A stretch of DNA of 35,607 nucleotides from assembly GCA_009885395.1 (NCBI GenBank), contig VFKT01000347.1, forward strand, positions 1 through 35,607, read 5' to 3'. The notes below the pieces were generated by a model, which was not told the origin of the DNA, ran no database searches, and worked only from the letters and a program-made list of their open reading frames with translations. A program made the position numbers and the translations under genes. The DNA comes from Deltaproteobacteria bacterium. GTDB lineage: Bacteria > Desulfobacterota > Binatia > UBA12015. Below are positions 17,801 through 25,827 of this stretch, in pieces. The stretch's first letter is position 1. Each line of letters opens with the position of its first letter.

Positions 17801-18016
17801 CACGGCCTCTTCTATGGGCTTGGTGATTCGGCCTTCGACTTCCTCGACCGACGATCCGGGCAAGGTGGTGATGACGGAGGTGTAGGGGAACTCTATTTTT
17901 GGGTAGAGATCGGTGCCGAGCTGTCCGAACGAGAGCAGGCCCATGACGACGATGACCCCGACCAGCATGGTCGCGAAAACAGGTCGGCGGATGCAGATTT
18001 CGGCCAAGCGACTCAA
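14864..18016 (-). CDS. RND efflux permease, HAE1 (AcrB/AcrD/AcrF) family
   Basis: 1050 aa; IRRPVFA, GVVIDDAVVVLENI, TLTPMLCS, LAAQFES, GIVKKNGILQID, RLRPILMTT. Confidence 0.95.
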   Translation of the reverse strand: MSRLAEICIRRPVFATMLVGVIVVMGLLSFGQLGTDLYPKIEFPYTSVITTLPGSSVEEVEGRITKPIEEAVTQVEGIDYIHSSSSEGLSSVLVAFELERDSAQAAQDVRDKLAFASGRLPREADAPRVTRFDFNAVPVLGLAVAGDRDPRELTEIAERRIKENLQTVRGVGAVELVGTQKRAIQIVVDSDRLDSYGLSITQVRAALRTQNVELPGGRVDQGSRELVLRTLGRVRSVSEFGSLVVGTLGDRPVMLSDIASIEDGSIEARSHATLDGRPALLLNVRKQSGANTTEVAQRVRQRLAEIVPTLPPDIRIETVKDQSRFISASIDEARFHLLLGGILVALSTIFFLRDWRSTVIAALAIPTSLIGTFTFLWMMDFTINNLTLLGLILSIGVVIDDAVVVLENIHRHVEEKGKSPFQAAIDGTKEIGLAVLATTLSLIVIFVPLAFMSGMSGRFLHEFGLTVAVAIFISMIISFTLTPMLCSRFLRPPAPGKELSRNKGIYAAIENGYAALLAASLRRRWIVVAMSAVVILSTIPIFMAIGKDFIPTDDQGEFEVSLQAPEGFTLSRTQTNVAELAGRISKLTGVRNALVQVGGGGFGDGEGDVTAASIYVKLAPLDERELSQREVMILAREVASEFPDLRASIQESNPFGGSRRSDFEFDIVGPDLTTLARLGQTLADRLRTMPGYVDVDLTLALRKPEIQVDIDRERAADLGIRVEDIASTLRTLVGGETVGFLEEDDTQYDVQMRAALPFRDDPRAILDLKVARPNGELVPLSSVITISEDRGPAQIRRLDRQRRVTISANLEGVALSDAVQTAQEIVKEAGLPPHHGVRLSHNAKQMAQMASNFGFAFLLSAIFMYMVLAAQFESFIYPISILVSLPLSVPFALLSLLLIGENLNLYSILGLFMLFGIVKKNGILQIDYTNQLRAAGMARDEAILLANRVRLRPILMTTVMLVLGMVPIAIGRGPGAASRASMADVIIGGQTLCLVLTLLGTPVAYSLLDDLGELWGRLRAKRRATGSSNLAASSSGDAILPPTPEGAAGG

Positions 18017-19122
18017 GAGTTATGCTCCGTCTGGCCAGGGTTCGCCGCCTGGCGGACGGCGACGGGCGAGCCTTCCGTCAGGTGGGATAGGGCGCTGGTG
18101 GCGATACGCTCGCCGGCCTCTAGTCCCGAGATGACCTCGACCCGGGTGTCGACCCGGTCGCCGATTTCCACCTGACGCGAGTGGGCCAGGCTGTCCTTAC
18201 CGACCACCCAGACGCGCTCGACCCCGGCCAGTCGGGTCACGCTCTCGGCCGGAATGAGCAGGGCGGTCTCGTTGCGTGTGACGATCTCGGCCTTGACGAA
18301 GAAGCCCGGTTTGAGTCGGCCCCCCAGGTTCGGGATCCAGGCTTCGACAACCAGGGCCCGTCGGTCGGGGTCTGCGGCCGGGCTGATGCGGGTCAGCTTG
18401 CCCTTGAGGAGATCGTCGGGAAAGGCGGCGACGCGGCCACGGACAGCCGCGCCAACAAGGATTTCGGACGCATAGCGCTCGGGAACATCGCCTCGGAGAC
18501 GAAGCGGGTTCTCGGCGACCAGGACGAAAAGTGGCGTTCCGGTGCGGACAAAGCTGCCGACGTCGGCGAGCCGCTCGGCGATGCGACCGGCAAAGGGTGC
18601 CCGGATCGTCGAATGGGCGAGGTTGATGGCGAGGACATCGCGCCGCGCTTCGGCCATTGCACTTTGGCTCACGAACTCATCGAATTTTTGCTGCGAATCC
18701 AGGCCGCGTTTGAGCAGCTTGGCCGCCCGTTTCTCTTCGGCGCGGGCCTTGAGAAGGAGAGCCTCGGCCTCGCGCAGATGCGCTGCGATCGTCGTTCCGT
18801 CAAGCTGTGCCAGTACTTCATCTTGCTGCACGGTGTCGCCGAGATCGGCATCCACCGAGAGCAGGCGACCATCGGTCTCGGCAGCCACCCGGGCCTCTGC
18901 ATTGGCGGTGAGCGTGCCGACCAGCGAGACCGTGCGCTCCAGTTGCTCTGCCGCGACGGGTGCCAGCGTGACGAAGACAGCTTCGACATCGCCTGAAGTC
19001 TTGCCGTCGGCAGCAGGATTCGTCGGACTGCACGCGCTGGCGAGGCCAAGCAGGGTCATCCCGGCCCAGGCAAGGGCGGCCTTTCGAACCCGGCTGTTTT
19101 CTCCGGGCATAGGAAATTTCAT
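18013..19122 (-). CDS. RND periplasmic adaptor (membrane fusion protein)
   Basis: Possible lipobox LASAC, lipoyl halves (ADLGDTVQQDEVLAQLD; IRAPFAGRI), LKPGFFV, VEVISGLEAGE. Confidence 0.92.
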   Translation of the reverse strand: MKFPMPGENSRVRKAALAWAGMTLLGLASACSPTNPAADGKTSGDVEAVFVTLAPVAAEQLERTVSLVGTLTANAEARVAAETDGRLLSVDADLGDTVQQDEVLAQLDGTTIAAHLREAEALLLKARAEEKRAAKLLKRGLDSQQKFDEFVSQSAMAEARRDVLAINLAHSTIRAPFAGRIAERLADVGSFVRTGTPLFVLVAENPLRLRGDVPERYASEILVGAAVRGRVAAFPDDLLKGKLTRISPAADPDRRALVVEAWIPNLGGRLKPGFFVKAEIVTRNETALLIPAESVTRLAGVERVWVVGKDSLAHSRQVEIGDRVDTRVEVISGLEAGERIATSALSHLTEGSPVAVRQAANPGQTEHNS

Positions 19123-19736
19123 TGGGGTACCTCCGTGATCTCCGGGTCACGCCCGAGCGCGCCGTACAGAAAGAGACGAGAAATTTGTCTGGCAAGATGG
19201 GGGATCGCATCCCCGTCCTGGTGGTTGACGAGCAGAAGCAGAGCGGAGCGCACCATGCCGAGCAAGAGTTCGGCGGCAATCACGGGTTCTGCTGCCAGCG
19301 GCCGACCGTTCAGGCGTTCCCGCTGCAGCGTGTGGGCGATGGCGCTCGTGACCTCAGTGCGCTGGCGCAGCCAGGCCTCGCGATCTTCGGCCGGCAGGCG
19401 GTGCTCAAAGCGCTGCATCAGGGCCAGGAACTCGCCCTTGTCGGCGAAGTAGGCCAGCATCCGGGCCACGGCGTGCTCGATCAGGTCTTCGAGCCGGGAG
19501 TCGGCGTCGAACATGCGCAGGAACTCGAGATGCGTCGCCTCGGCGCCTCGGACGACGCTGGCCAGTAGGAGTTCCTCCTTGGTCGGGAAATAGCGGTAGA
19601 GGGTGCCCTTTCCGACCCCGGCACGGGAGGCGACATCGTCCATCAGCACCTGGTCGTAATCGCGTTGGGCGAACTCGCAGGAGGCGGCGGCGAGAATTTC
19701 CTCTCGCTTCAGGTCGGTTTTCTGTCGTCCACGCAT
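19119..19736 (-). CDS. TetR/AcrR family regulator
   Basis: REEILAAA...F...MDDVASRAGVGKGTLYRYFPTKEELL; start uncertain (19736-19805). Confidence 0.92.
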   Translation of the reverse strand: MRGRQKTDLKREEILAAASCEFAQRDYDQVLMDDVASRAGVGKGTLYRYFPTKEELLLASVVRGAEATHLEFLRMFDADSRLEDLIEHAVARMLAYFADKGEFLALMQRFEHRLPAEDREAWLRQRTEVTSAIAHTLQRERLNGRPLAAEPVIAAELLLGMVRSALLLLVNHQDGDAIPHLARQISRLFLYGALGRDPEITEVPQ

Positions 19737-19841
19737 GGGTTTTGCCACGTTCCCTGGAAAAGCCTGCGCCGCCTGGTCGCAACTGGACCCGGATACATGA
19801 CGCAACGCGCTATCGCACGGACGCTCTCCGCTAAGATCGAT

Positions 19842-19855
19842 ACTGACTGGTCAGT
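19842..19855. promoter_or_regulatory. TetR-type operator palindrome
   Basis: ACTGAC-TG-GTCAGT in the divergent region upstream of tetR. Confidence 0.65.
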
Positions 19856-19990
19856 CCCGTTTATCAGAGGGGCGCAGCTTGAGCAAGACCCTGATCGACC
19901 GATCTCCCGCGAGAAAATTAAAGAAAATTGAAAATATTAAACGCACGTCCCCGCTTGAACGGCGGACGCGGGATGCCTTCAGTGGCGCTT

Positions 19991-20734
19991 ATGAACATCC
20001 AGCGCTCCGAACATGAGGGCGGTGTCCGCTTGCTGCGGATCGACCGACCACCGGCCAATGCGATCAATACCGAGTTCCTTTCGGCGCTTTTCGCTGAAAT
20101 GGAGGCCTGTGAGGCCGATCCCGCAGTGCGGGCGGTGGTGGTGGGCAGCGCGGCCCGGTTCTTCTCGGCGGGCCTGGATTTGAAAGAAATCATGGCCAAG
20201 GGGCCGGGCCAGATGGCCGCTCTGGGCGGCGCGGGCGATGGCATCTACCGCCTCTGGCGCCTCCCCAAGCCAACCATCGCCATGGTCGAGGGCCACGCGC
20301 TGGCCGGCGGGGCGATCCTGATGCTGGCGTGTGATTTCCGGATCGCGGTCCGCGGTTCGTACCGGATCGGCGTCACCGAGAGCGCGCTCGGCCTGCCGCT
20401 GCCCAACGGAGCCTTTCAGATCGCCCGCTACGCTTTGCCCCCGCAGCACCATCATCGCGTCCTGCTCGAGGGCGAAGGTTTCGGGCCCGAGCGCGCGCTC
20501 GAACTTGGCTTGATCCACGAATTGGTTGAACCGGCAGCGGTCGAGGCCCGCTGCCTCGCTCTGGCGGCCAAGCTCGGTGCCTATCCCGAATCTGGTTACG
20601 GCTACCAGAAGGCCAAGCTGCAGGCCGAAGCGAACCGCGCACTGGTCGAGCCGCCGCCTCTCGGTACGGATCGTTTCGAGGCGACGGGCTTGACGCCCGA
20701 AGTGTTTGCCCGCTTGATGCCAGCCAAGATCTGA
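19991..20734 (+). CDS. Enoyl-CoA hydratase/isomerase (crotonase) family protein
   Basis: DRPPANAI, FFSAGLDL, PKPTIAMVEGHALAGGAILMLACDFRI, IGVTE. Confidence 0.9.
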   Translation: MNIQRSEHEGGVRLLRIDRPPANAINTEFLSALFAEMEACEADPAVRAVVVGSAARFFSAGLDLKEIMAKGPGQMAALGGAGDGIYRLWRLPKPTIAMVEGHALAGGAILMLACDFRIAVRGSYRIGVTESALGLPLPNGAFQIARYALPPQHHHRVLLEGEGFGPERALELGLIHELVEPAAVEARCLALAAKLGAYPESGYGYQKAKLQAEANRALVEPPPLGTDRFEATGLTPEVFARLMPAKI

Positions 20735-20821
20735 TGCGGATGAAGCGCGCATGAGATCGTTCGCGCCGAGCGTCTCGACGTCTGCGCTGCCCAAGCGGCA
20801 GCAGATGCGCAACGGCCTCGC

Positions 20822-21811
20822 ATGACAGAACCCGCGGTGCGCCTTGGCCTGATCGGCGCCGGTAAGCATGGCGCGCGTTACCTGAACCACGCCCATAGCG
20901 ACGTGGCCGGCTTGCGCTTGACCGGTCTTTGCCGTCGCGACAAGGCTGCCGGCGTGACCCAGGCAAGCGAGGTGGATGCCCGCTTTTTCGACTCGATCGA
21001 GGCTTTGATCGGTGCGCCGGAGGTCGATGCGGTTGCGGCAGTGGTTCCGCCGGGGCTGCACCCGCGCATCGTGGAGCTTTGCATCGACGCACAAAAGCCG
21101 CTCTTGCTCGAGAAGCCGATGGCGACAGATGCGGCGAGCGCTCGGGCCTTGCGTGATGCGCTGACGGTGGCAGGCCTGCCCTGCCTGGTGGCGCAAACAC
21201 TGCGTTGGTCGGCGGTGGTGCGGCGCGTGGTCGAACTTGCGCCTGAGATTGGCCGCCTGCACCAGATCGTGCTGGGTCAGAGCTTCGAGCCGAGCCGACT
21301 CGACTGGCTCGATGATCCGGCACTTTCGGGTGGCGGCAATGTTTTGCATACCGGGGTGCATGGTTTCGACCTTTTACGACACTTGACAGGCGGCGAAGTC
21401 GTCTTTGCCTTCTGTCGAACCGCGCGGATCTTCACCCACTCGAGCGAGGACCTCTTCTCCGCCGTACTTGAAGTCGAGGTGCCCGATGGCCCCGCTATTC
21501 AGGCACTGGTTTCGGCAGCCCGAACCACCCGTTCGCGCTATGGTGAGATCCGCTTGATCGGTGAAGGCGGGCAGATCAACGCCGACCATGTGCTCGGCCG
21601 GGTGGAACGCCTCGAGGGGCGGGGCCCTGTATCGGTCGAAGCCGTGCCCGAAAGGCCGACAGTCGTGGCCGTGCTCCGCGATTTCGTCGAGGTCGTACGC
21701 CGGCGTTGCCCCCCGCCCGTGACGGCGGCCGATGGTGCGGCGGCGGTGGCGATCGCGGAGGCGTGTTATCGCTCGGCGGAATCCGGTGCGCGCGTCAAGG
21801 TGACGGCCTGA
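20822..21811 (+). CDS. Gfo/Idh/MocA family oxidoreductase
   Basis: LGLIGAGKHG Rossmann motif, LLEKPMA, SGGGNVLHTGVHGFD. Confidence 0.9.
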   Translation: MTEPAVRLGLIGAGKHGARYLNHAHSDVAGLRLTGLCRRDKAAGVTQASEVDARFFDSIEALIGAPEVDAVAAVVPPGLHPRIVELCIDAQKPLLLEKPMATDAASARALRDALTVAGLPCLVAQTLRWSAVVRRVVELAPEIGRLHQIVLGQSFEPSRLDWLDDPALSGGGNVLHTGVHGFDLLRHLTGGEVVFAFCRTARIFTHSSEDLFSAVLEVEVPDGPAIQALVSAARTTRSRYGEIRLIGEGGQINADHVLGRVERLEGRGPVSVEAVPERPTVVAVLRDFVEVVRRRCPPPVTAADGAAAVAIAEACYRSAESGARVKVTA

Positions 21812-21835
21812 AGGCCCGGTGTGGAGGAAGCTGCG

Positions 21836-22141
21836 ATGGCGCTTTTCGTATTGATCGGCCGTGATGGCGAAGGTGGGACGGCACGCCGCAAGGAGGTGCG
21901 GCCTCGCCATCTGGAGCACCTCGGGCCACTCGCCGACGCCGGCCGCATCGTGATCGCTGGCCCTTTTTTTGAGGACGACGGCACGACGCCACGCGGCAGC
22001 GTAGTGGTCTTTGAGGCAGATTCCCTTGAGGCGGCCCGCGCCCTCGCGGCCCGCGATCCCTATGTGGTGGAAGGCGTTTTTGGCTCGGTCGAGGTGCAGC
22101 CGATGGCGCGTGTCTTTCCGGTCGCGAAAGCTTCGACGTGA
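21836..22141 (+). CDS. YciI family protein
   Basis: RKEVRPRHLEHL, IVIAGP, GSVVVFEA, DPYVVEGV; GGAGG SD. Confidence 0.9.
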   Translation: MALFVLIGRDGEGGTARRKEVRPRHLEHLGPLADAGRIVIAGPFFEDDGTTPRGSVVVFEADSLEAARALAARDPYVVEGVFGSVEVQPMARVFPVAKAST

Positions 22142-23076
22142 GTGCGGCTGGAGGGAGGGCGGCGTTGATCGCCGAGAATTCGGATCGTGGCTGGCATACG
22201 CCAGGTGCAGAACTCGCGTGGAGCGAATCCGTTGGTTTTCGCTTTGCCGACCCGGCGAGCCGATTGGGCGTGGTGGCCCGGCTGGGCGTGCACCCGAACG
22301 AGGGATCGGTTGACGTCGCCATCGATATTTTCATGCCCGACGGCAGCTTTGTCGCCGTCCGGCAGATCGGGCCCTGGCGCGACGGCGTTGCGCCTCTCAT
22401 TGAGGGCTTCGAGATTCAGGCCGTCGAGAGCGAGGATCGCTGGCGTCTTTTTTGTGACGGCGCGGCGCATTCACTGCCCGAAGCTGCGGTGGCCGACCAG
22501 CCCGCGGCCTGGAAGAGCTCGCGGATCGAGCGGGTGATTCTCGAACTCGAATGGCAAGCCTGCGCCGAGCCGCTGCAGTCTGGCGGCGGGGGAACCCGCT
22601 TCACGCAGGCGGGTCGGATGCGTGGCGAGATGTGGGTCTCTGGCGATCATTTTATACTTGACGTGCCCGCCCTGCGCGACCGAAGCTGGGGCCCACGACG
22701 GCTGGAACTCCCCGAGAGTCGAGCCCTGCTCTGTTGTCTCGCCGACGGCGAGGGCGGCTTCGAGATCGAGACACTCCGGCGCGAAGGCGAGTCCGCTCCG
22801 GGGACGTCGGGCTGGATCGTCATCGGAGGCGAGGCGCGCGCTCTGGCTGAACTCGAGTTGGTCGAAGATGGCGAGGGCAGTGCCGTGCAGGGGCTGCGGG
22901 CCAGTCTCGGCCTCCTCGATGCGGCGAAGCTCAGCCGCGAGGCCCGGGTGATCGTCATGGCACCCCTGCCGGGTCGGCGTAACGACGCCGCGTTCCTTTT
23001 GCGCGAGTGTTTCGTCGAGTGGGCGGGCGAGGGCGGCACGGCGCTTGGCTTCGCCGAACTTCTCAGCCGGACCTGA
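22138..23076 (+). CDS. Hypothetical beta-rich protein (W-x-E-S...RDRSWG family)
   Basis: GTGA-coupled to yciI; WSESVGFRF, RLGVHPN, RFTQAGRMRG, RDRSWGPR. Confidence 0.65.
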   Translation: MSAAGGRAALIAENSDRGWHTPGAELAWSESVGFRFADPASRLGVVARLGVHPNEGSVDVAIDIFMPDGSFVAVRQIGPWRDGVAPLIEGFEIQAVESEDRWRLFCDGAAHSLPEAAVADQPAAWKSSRIERVILELEWQACAEPLQSGGGGTRFTQAGRMRGEMWVSGDHFILDVPALRDRSWGPRRLELPESRALLCCLADGEGGFEIETLRREGESAPGTSGWIVIGGEARALAELELVEDGEGSAVQGLRASLGLLDAAKLSREARVIVMAPLPGRRNDAAFLLRECFVEWAGEGGTALGFAELLSRT

Positions 23077-23275
23077 GCGGCGCGTCAGACGCTCAGGATG
23101 AACAGCCCCGCTGTGGGGCTTTGTCCGGCCCGGCAGGGCTGAATCCACGCGAGGGCCTGGCTCTCCTTGCCGGCCTTCCCCGGAGACGTTCCGGGTTTGT
23201 TCCGATTCGCGTTCGCGCGCAAAACCGCCCAGAATCCCATCTGCCTGCCGTGCGGGTGAGCAATTTTTGGAAGTT

Positions 23276-23295
23276 TTATGCGTTGCGACGCATAA
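23276..23295. promoter_or_regulatory. PadR/AphA-type operator
   Basis: TTATGCGT-TGCG-ACGCATAA perfect 8-4-8 inverted repeat (ATGC-N8-GCAT spacing), followed by an A-tract and TTGACA at 23320-23325. Confidence 0.65.
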
Positions 23296-23421
23296 GAATA
23301 AAAAAGTCCCCGGTTCAGATTGACAGCCCTTGAGTTTGGGTGGACGCTGCGCCTTGCAGCACCGTACCCCCGATCCACCCGTTTCATTCACAAACAATCA
23401 ATCCGGTCCGGAGGTGTAGTC

Positions 23422-24024
23422 ATGTCGATTCGTTTTGCGGTTCTGGGTCTTCTCTCGGAGGGGCCGCTGCACGGCTACGCCATCCGGGCCCGGTTCGAGC
23501 AACGGCTCGGTGAGCTTTGGGAGCTCAACTACGGTCAGGTTTACGGGATTCTCGCCGCGCTCGAAGCCGATGGCCTCGTCAGTGCCACGGAGGAGAGCGT
23601 CGGGCGGCGGCTCCGACGGATCTACGCGATCAGCACCAAAGGCAATCAAACTTTGCAGAGCTGGATGCGGGGTCTGGACTCGCGCGGCAGGCCGTTTCGC
23701 GACGATTCCTTCCTCCGTCTCCTGCTCACAAAACCTGACGATCTGAGTGATTGCAAGCAGTTTTTTGATATCGAGCGCCGCCGTACCTGGCGGGAGTTGC
23801 GAGATCTCGTCGATCGTCGCGACGCCGAGGAATCCTCGGAGGACTGGCGTTCGGTGGTGACGCGTCTTTACCTCGATGCGGCGATTCTCCACCACGAGGC
23901 GCGCATCAAGGCTCTTGATCGCTGTCGCGAGGTGCTTTCCGGGAAGTTGGCACCGGCGGCGGAGGCCGTTGTCCAGCCGCCGGTGCTGGCACGCGCGGCA
24001 CAGGGGCGGGGGGCGACTCGATGA
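23422..24024 (+). CDS. PadR family regulator with C-terminal helical domain
   Basis: VLGLLSEGPLHGYAI, WELNYGQVYGIL, RRIYAISTKG; GGAGGT SD. Confidence 0.92.
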   Translation: MSIRFAVLGLLSEGPLHGYAIRARFEQRLGELWELNYGQVYGILAALEADGLVSATEESVGRRLRRIYAISTKGNQTLQSWMRGLDSRGRPFRDDSFLRLLLTKPDDLSDCKQFFDIERRRTWRELRDLVDRRDAEESSEDWRSVVTRLYLDAAILHHEARIKALDRCREVLSGKLAPAAEAVVQPPVLARAAQGRGATR

Positions 24025-25049
24025 ATGTCGCCCTGCAAAACAGTCAAGTCATTTCTGTTTCAGCGCACGACGATCGCAGCGAGCCCGGGTTTGAGCGGCT
24101 CGCCCGGCTCACGTCTTTCCTCGAAGGGCGCCTGGGGGAATGGGATCATCTCCCCTCCCTGGTCCGGGTCCAGCTTCTCGGCGGAAAACGCTTGAGAGCG
24201 AGGCTGCTCTTTGCCGCTGCGCCTCCGGGTGACCCTGAACAATCGCAAGCCATGGTGCGTGCGGCTGCGGCCGTAGAACTGGTTCATGCCGGATCTTTGC
24301 TGCACGACGATATCGTTGACCAGGCCTCCCGACGGCGGGGTCATTGTGCCGCCTACCGACTTTATGGGGAGCGTTTTGCCACGCGGGCCGGCACCTTCGT
24401 CATGGAGGAGGCAACGGTGCTTTTCGCCGGCCTGCCGCTCGACGCCCGGCTCGCCTTTGCCCGCGCCGCACGCGCAGCGAGCCTCGGCCAACTCGCGGAG
24501 ATTGCGCATACGGGCAATCTTGAACTCGGCCTGCGCGAACGCTTGCAAATCATGGATGGTAAGACAGCCGTCATCTTTCAGCTTGCGGCCCGACTCGGGG
24601 CGATGCTGGGCGGGGCGGGCTCCAATGTGGTGCGGACTTCCGCGGCGGTAGGCCGCTGGTTTGGTTTCCTCTTCCAACTCGCCGACGATGTCGAAGACCT
24701 TTGTGCCTCGGCCGAGGCGCTGGGCCGCCCACCGGGATCAGATCTGCGCAGTGGTGTGGTGACGCTGCCGGTGGTCTTTCTGGTCGAGGCCCGGGGTGCG
24801 GCCGCCTTCGGCAGCGCGCAGTCGCTGGCGTGGCGAGCCGAGGAGCCTCTGGCGGCGCGGGATTTGAGGGCACTCTTTCGAGACGCGGGGGCCTTTGCCC
24901 GCGCTCGCGTGCTCGGCATCCGGTGGGCCGACCGGATCGAGAAGATGCTCGAGGACCTCCCGGACGGTCCGGGTCGATGCTGGATTCTAAATCTGACCAA
25001 ACAGGTCGAGCGGGTGCTGCTGGAGCGTCTCGAGGTGGCCGATGACTGA
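24021..25049 (+). CDS. trans-Isoprenyl (polyprenyl) diphosphate synthase family protein
   Basis: GGKRLR, FARM ELVHAGSLLHDDIVD..RRRG, GQ, KTA, SARM FQLADDVED, DLRSGVVTLP. Confidence 0.88.
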   Translation: MNVALQNSQVISVSAHDDRSEPGFERLARLTSFLEGRLGEWDHLPSLVRVQLLGGKRLRARLLFAAAPPGDPEQSQAMVRAAAAVELVHAGSLLHDDIVDQASRRRGHCAAYRLYGERFATRAGTFVMEEATVLFAGLPLDARLAFARAARAASLGQLAEIAHTGNLELGLRERLQIMDGKTAVIFQLAARLGAMLGGAGSNVVRTSAAVGRWFGFLFQLADDVEDLCASAEALGRPPGSDLRSGVVTLPVVFLVEARGAAAFGSAQSLAWRAEEPLAARDLRALFRDAGAFARARVLGIRWADRIEKMLEDLPDGPGRCWILNLTKQVERVLLERLEVADD

Positions 25050-25827
25050 GGGGCGGGCGGGATTGGAAGCCGCGTTGCTGGGTCTTCTCCGGCTCGAGAG
25101 GCCCGATGTGCCGCTGCTCCTCTTGGCCGCCTGGGCTGCAGAAACCTCGAGAACAACAACTGTAAATTTCGGCTGGCCGCTGCACGACCCGAGTCTGGAG
25201 CCTTCGGCTGCTGTAACCTCGATCGCGTTGCGTCTTCAGGTTTCACTCGAAGAGTTCGACCCTGGGCTTGGCCGCCATTTTGGGAATCTCTGGCGAACGG
25301 GTGACGTGCGTCTGCTGCTTACGGCAGGGGCCATTTCCCTGGTGGCAGAGAGCGAGCCCGTGCCTGGGCCGGCGGTATTTGGACTGCTCCGTGCCCTTGC
25401 CTTGCAGGGGCTGATCACCTGGCTTGAGGATGAAGCCGGGCGGGTCGGGGGAGTACCCTGGGAGGTCGCCATCCTTGCTTCGGATTGCGCACTTGCGGAA
25501 TGGATGACCGAGATTGCACCGCTCCCGGACGGTTGCGCGCAGCGCGTCTCGCAGGCCTTTGCCTTGCAACGGGCCGCACGGATCCGCCTGGGTGGGGTCC
25601 CCGATCCGCATCGGAGCAGATCTGATCTGGGCCGGCGTCGAACGGCAGGCGGAGAGTTGGAACGCGACCTTGGCGCGCCCGGGCGTGCGGTTGCAGGGGC
25701 CTTGCTCGAGTGCGGATTACGGCCGGAGGCAAAAGGAATTCGTGGGGAAATGCTCGCGGCAGCGGTCTGGCTGGGCACGCTCGCGGTCCTTTCCGCGACC
25801 GCGCGAAACGTGGAGAGGTCGTCTTGA
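25042..25827 (+). CDS. Hypothetical helical protein, possibly a degenerate isoprenoid-synthase-fold partner
   Basis: Overlaps both neighbours (8 and 4 nt); contains WEVAILASD, reminiscent of the AxLxGD motif; no DDxxD. Confidence 0.6.
   Translation: MTEGRAGLEAALLGLLRLERPDVPLLLLAAWAAETSRTTTVNFGWPLHDPSLEPSAAVTSIALRLQVSLEEFDPGLGRHFGNLWRTGDVRLLLTAGAISLVAESEPVPGPAVFGLLRALALQGLITWLEDEAGRVGGVPWEVAILASDCALAEWMTEIAPLPDGCAQRVSQAFALQRAARIRLGGVPDPHRSRSDLGRRRTAGGELERDLGAPGRAVAGALLECGLRPEAKGIRGEMLAAAVWLGTLAVLSATARNVERSS

Noticed and set aside
19979-21361. 460-aa minus-strand ORF and similar long overlapping ORFs (9510-10568, 12098-13039, 22471-23397, 27039-27974, 28230-29228)
   Set aside because: Antisense or off-frame shadows of well-supported genes, expected at high GC; no motifs.
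23077-23210. Run of small hairpins as a possible ncRNA
   Set aside because: Short GC-rich stems with no recognisable family, promoter or terminator.
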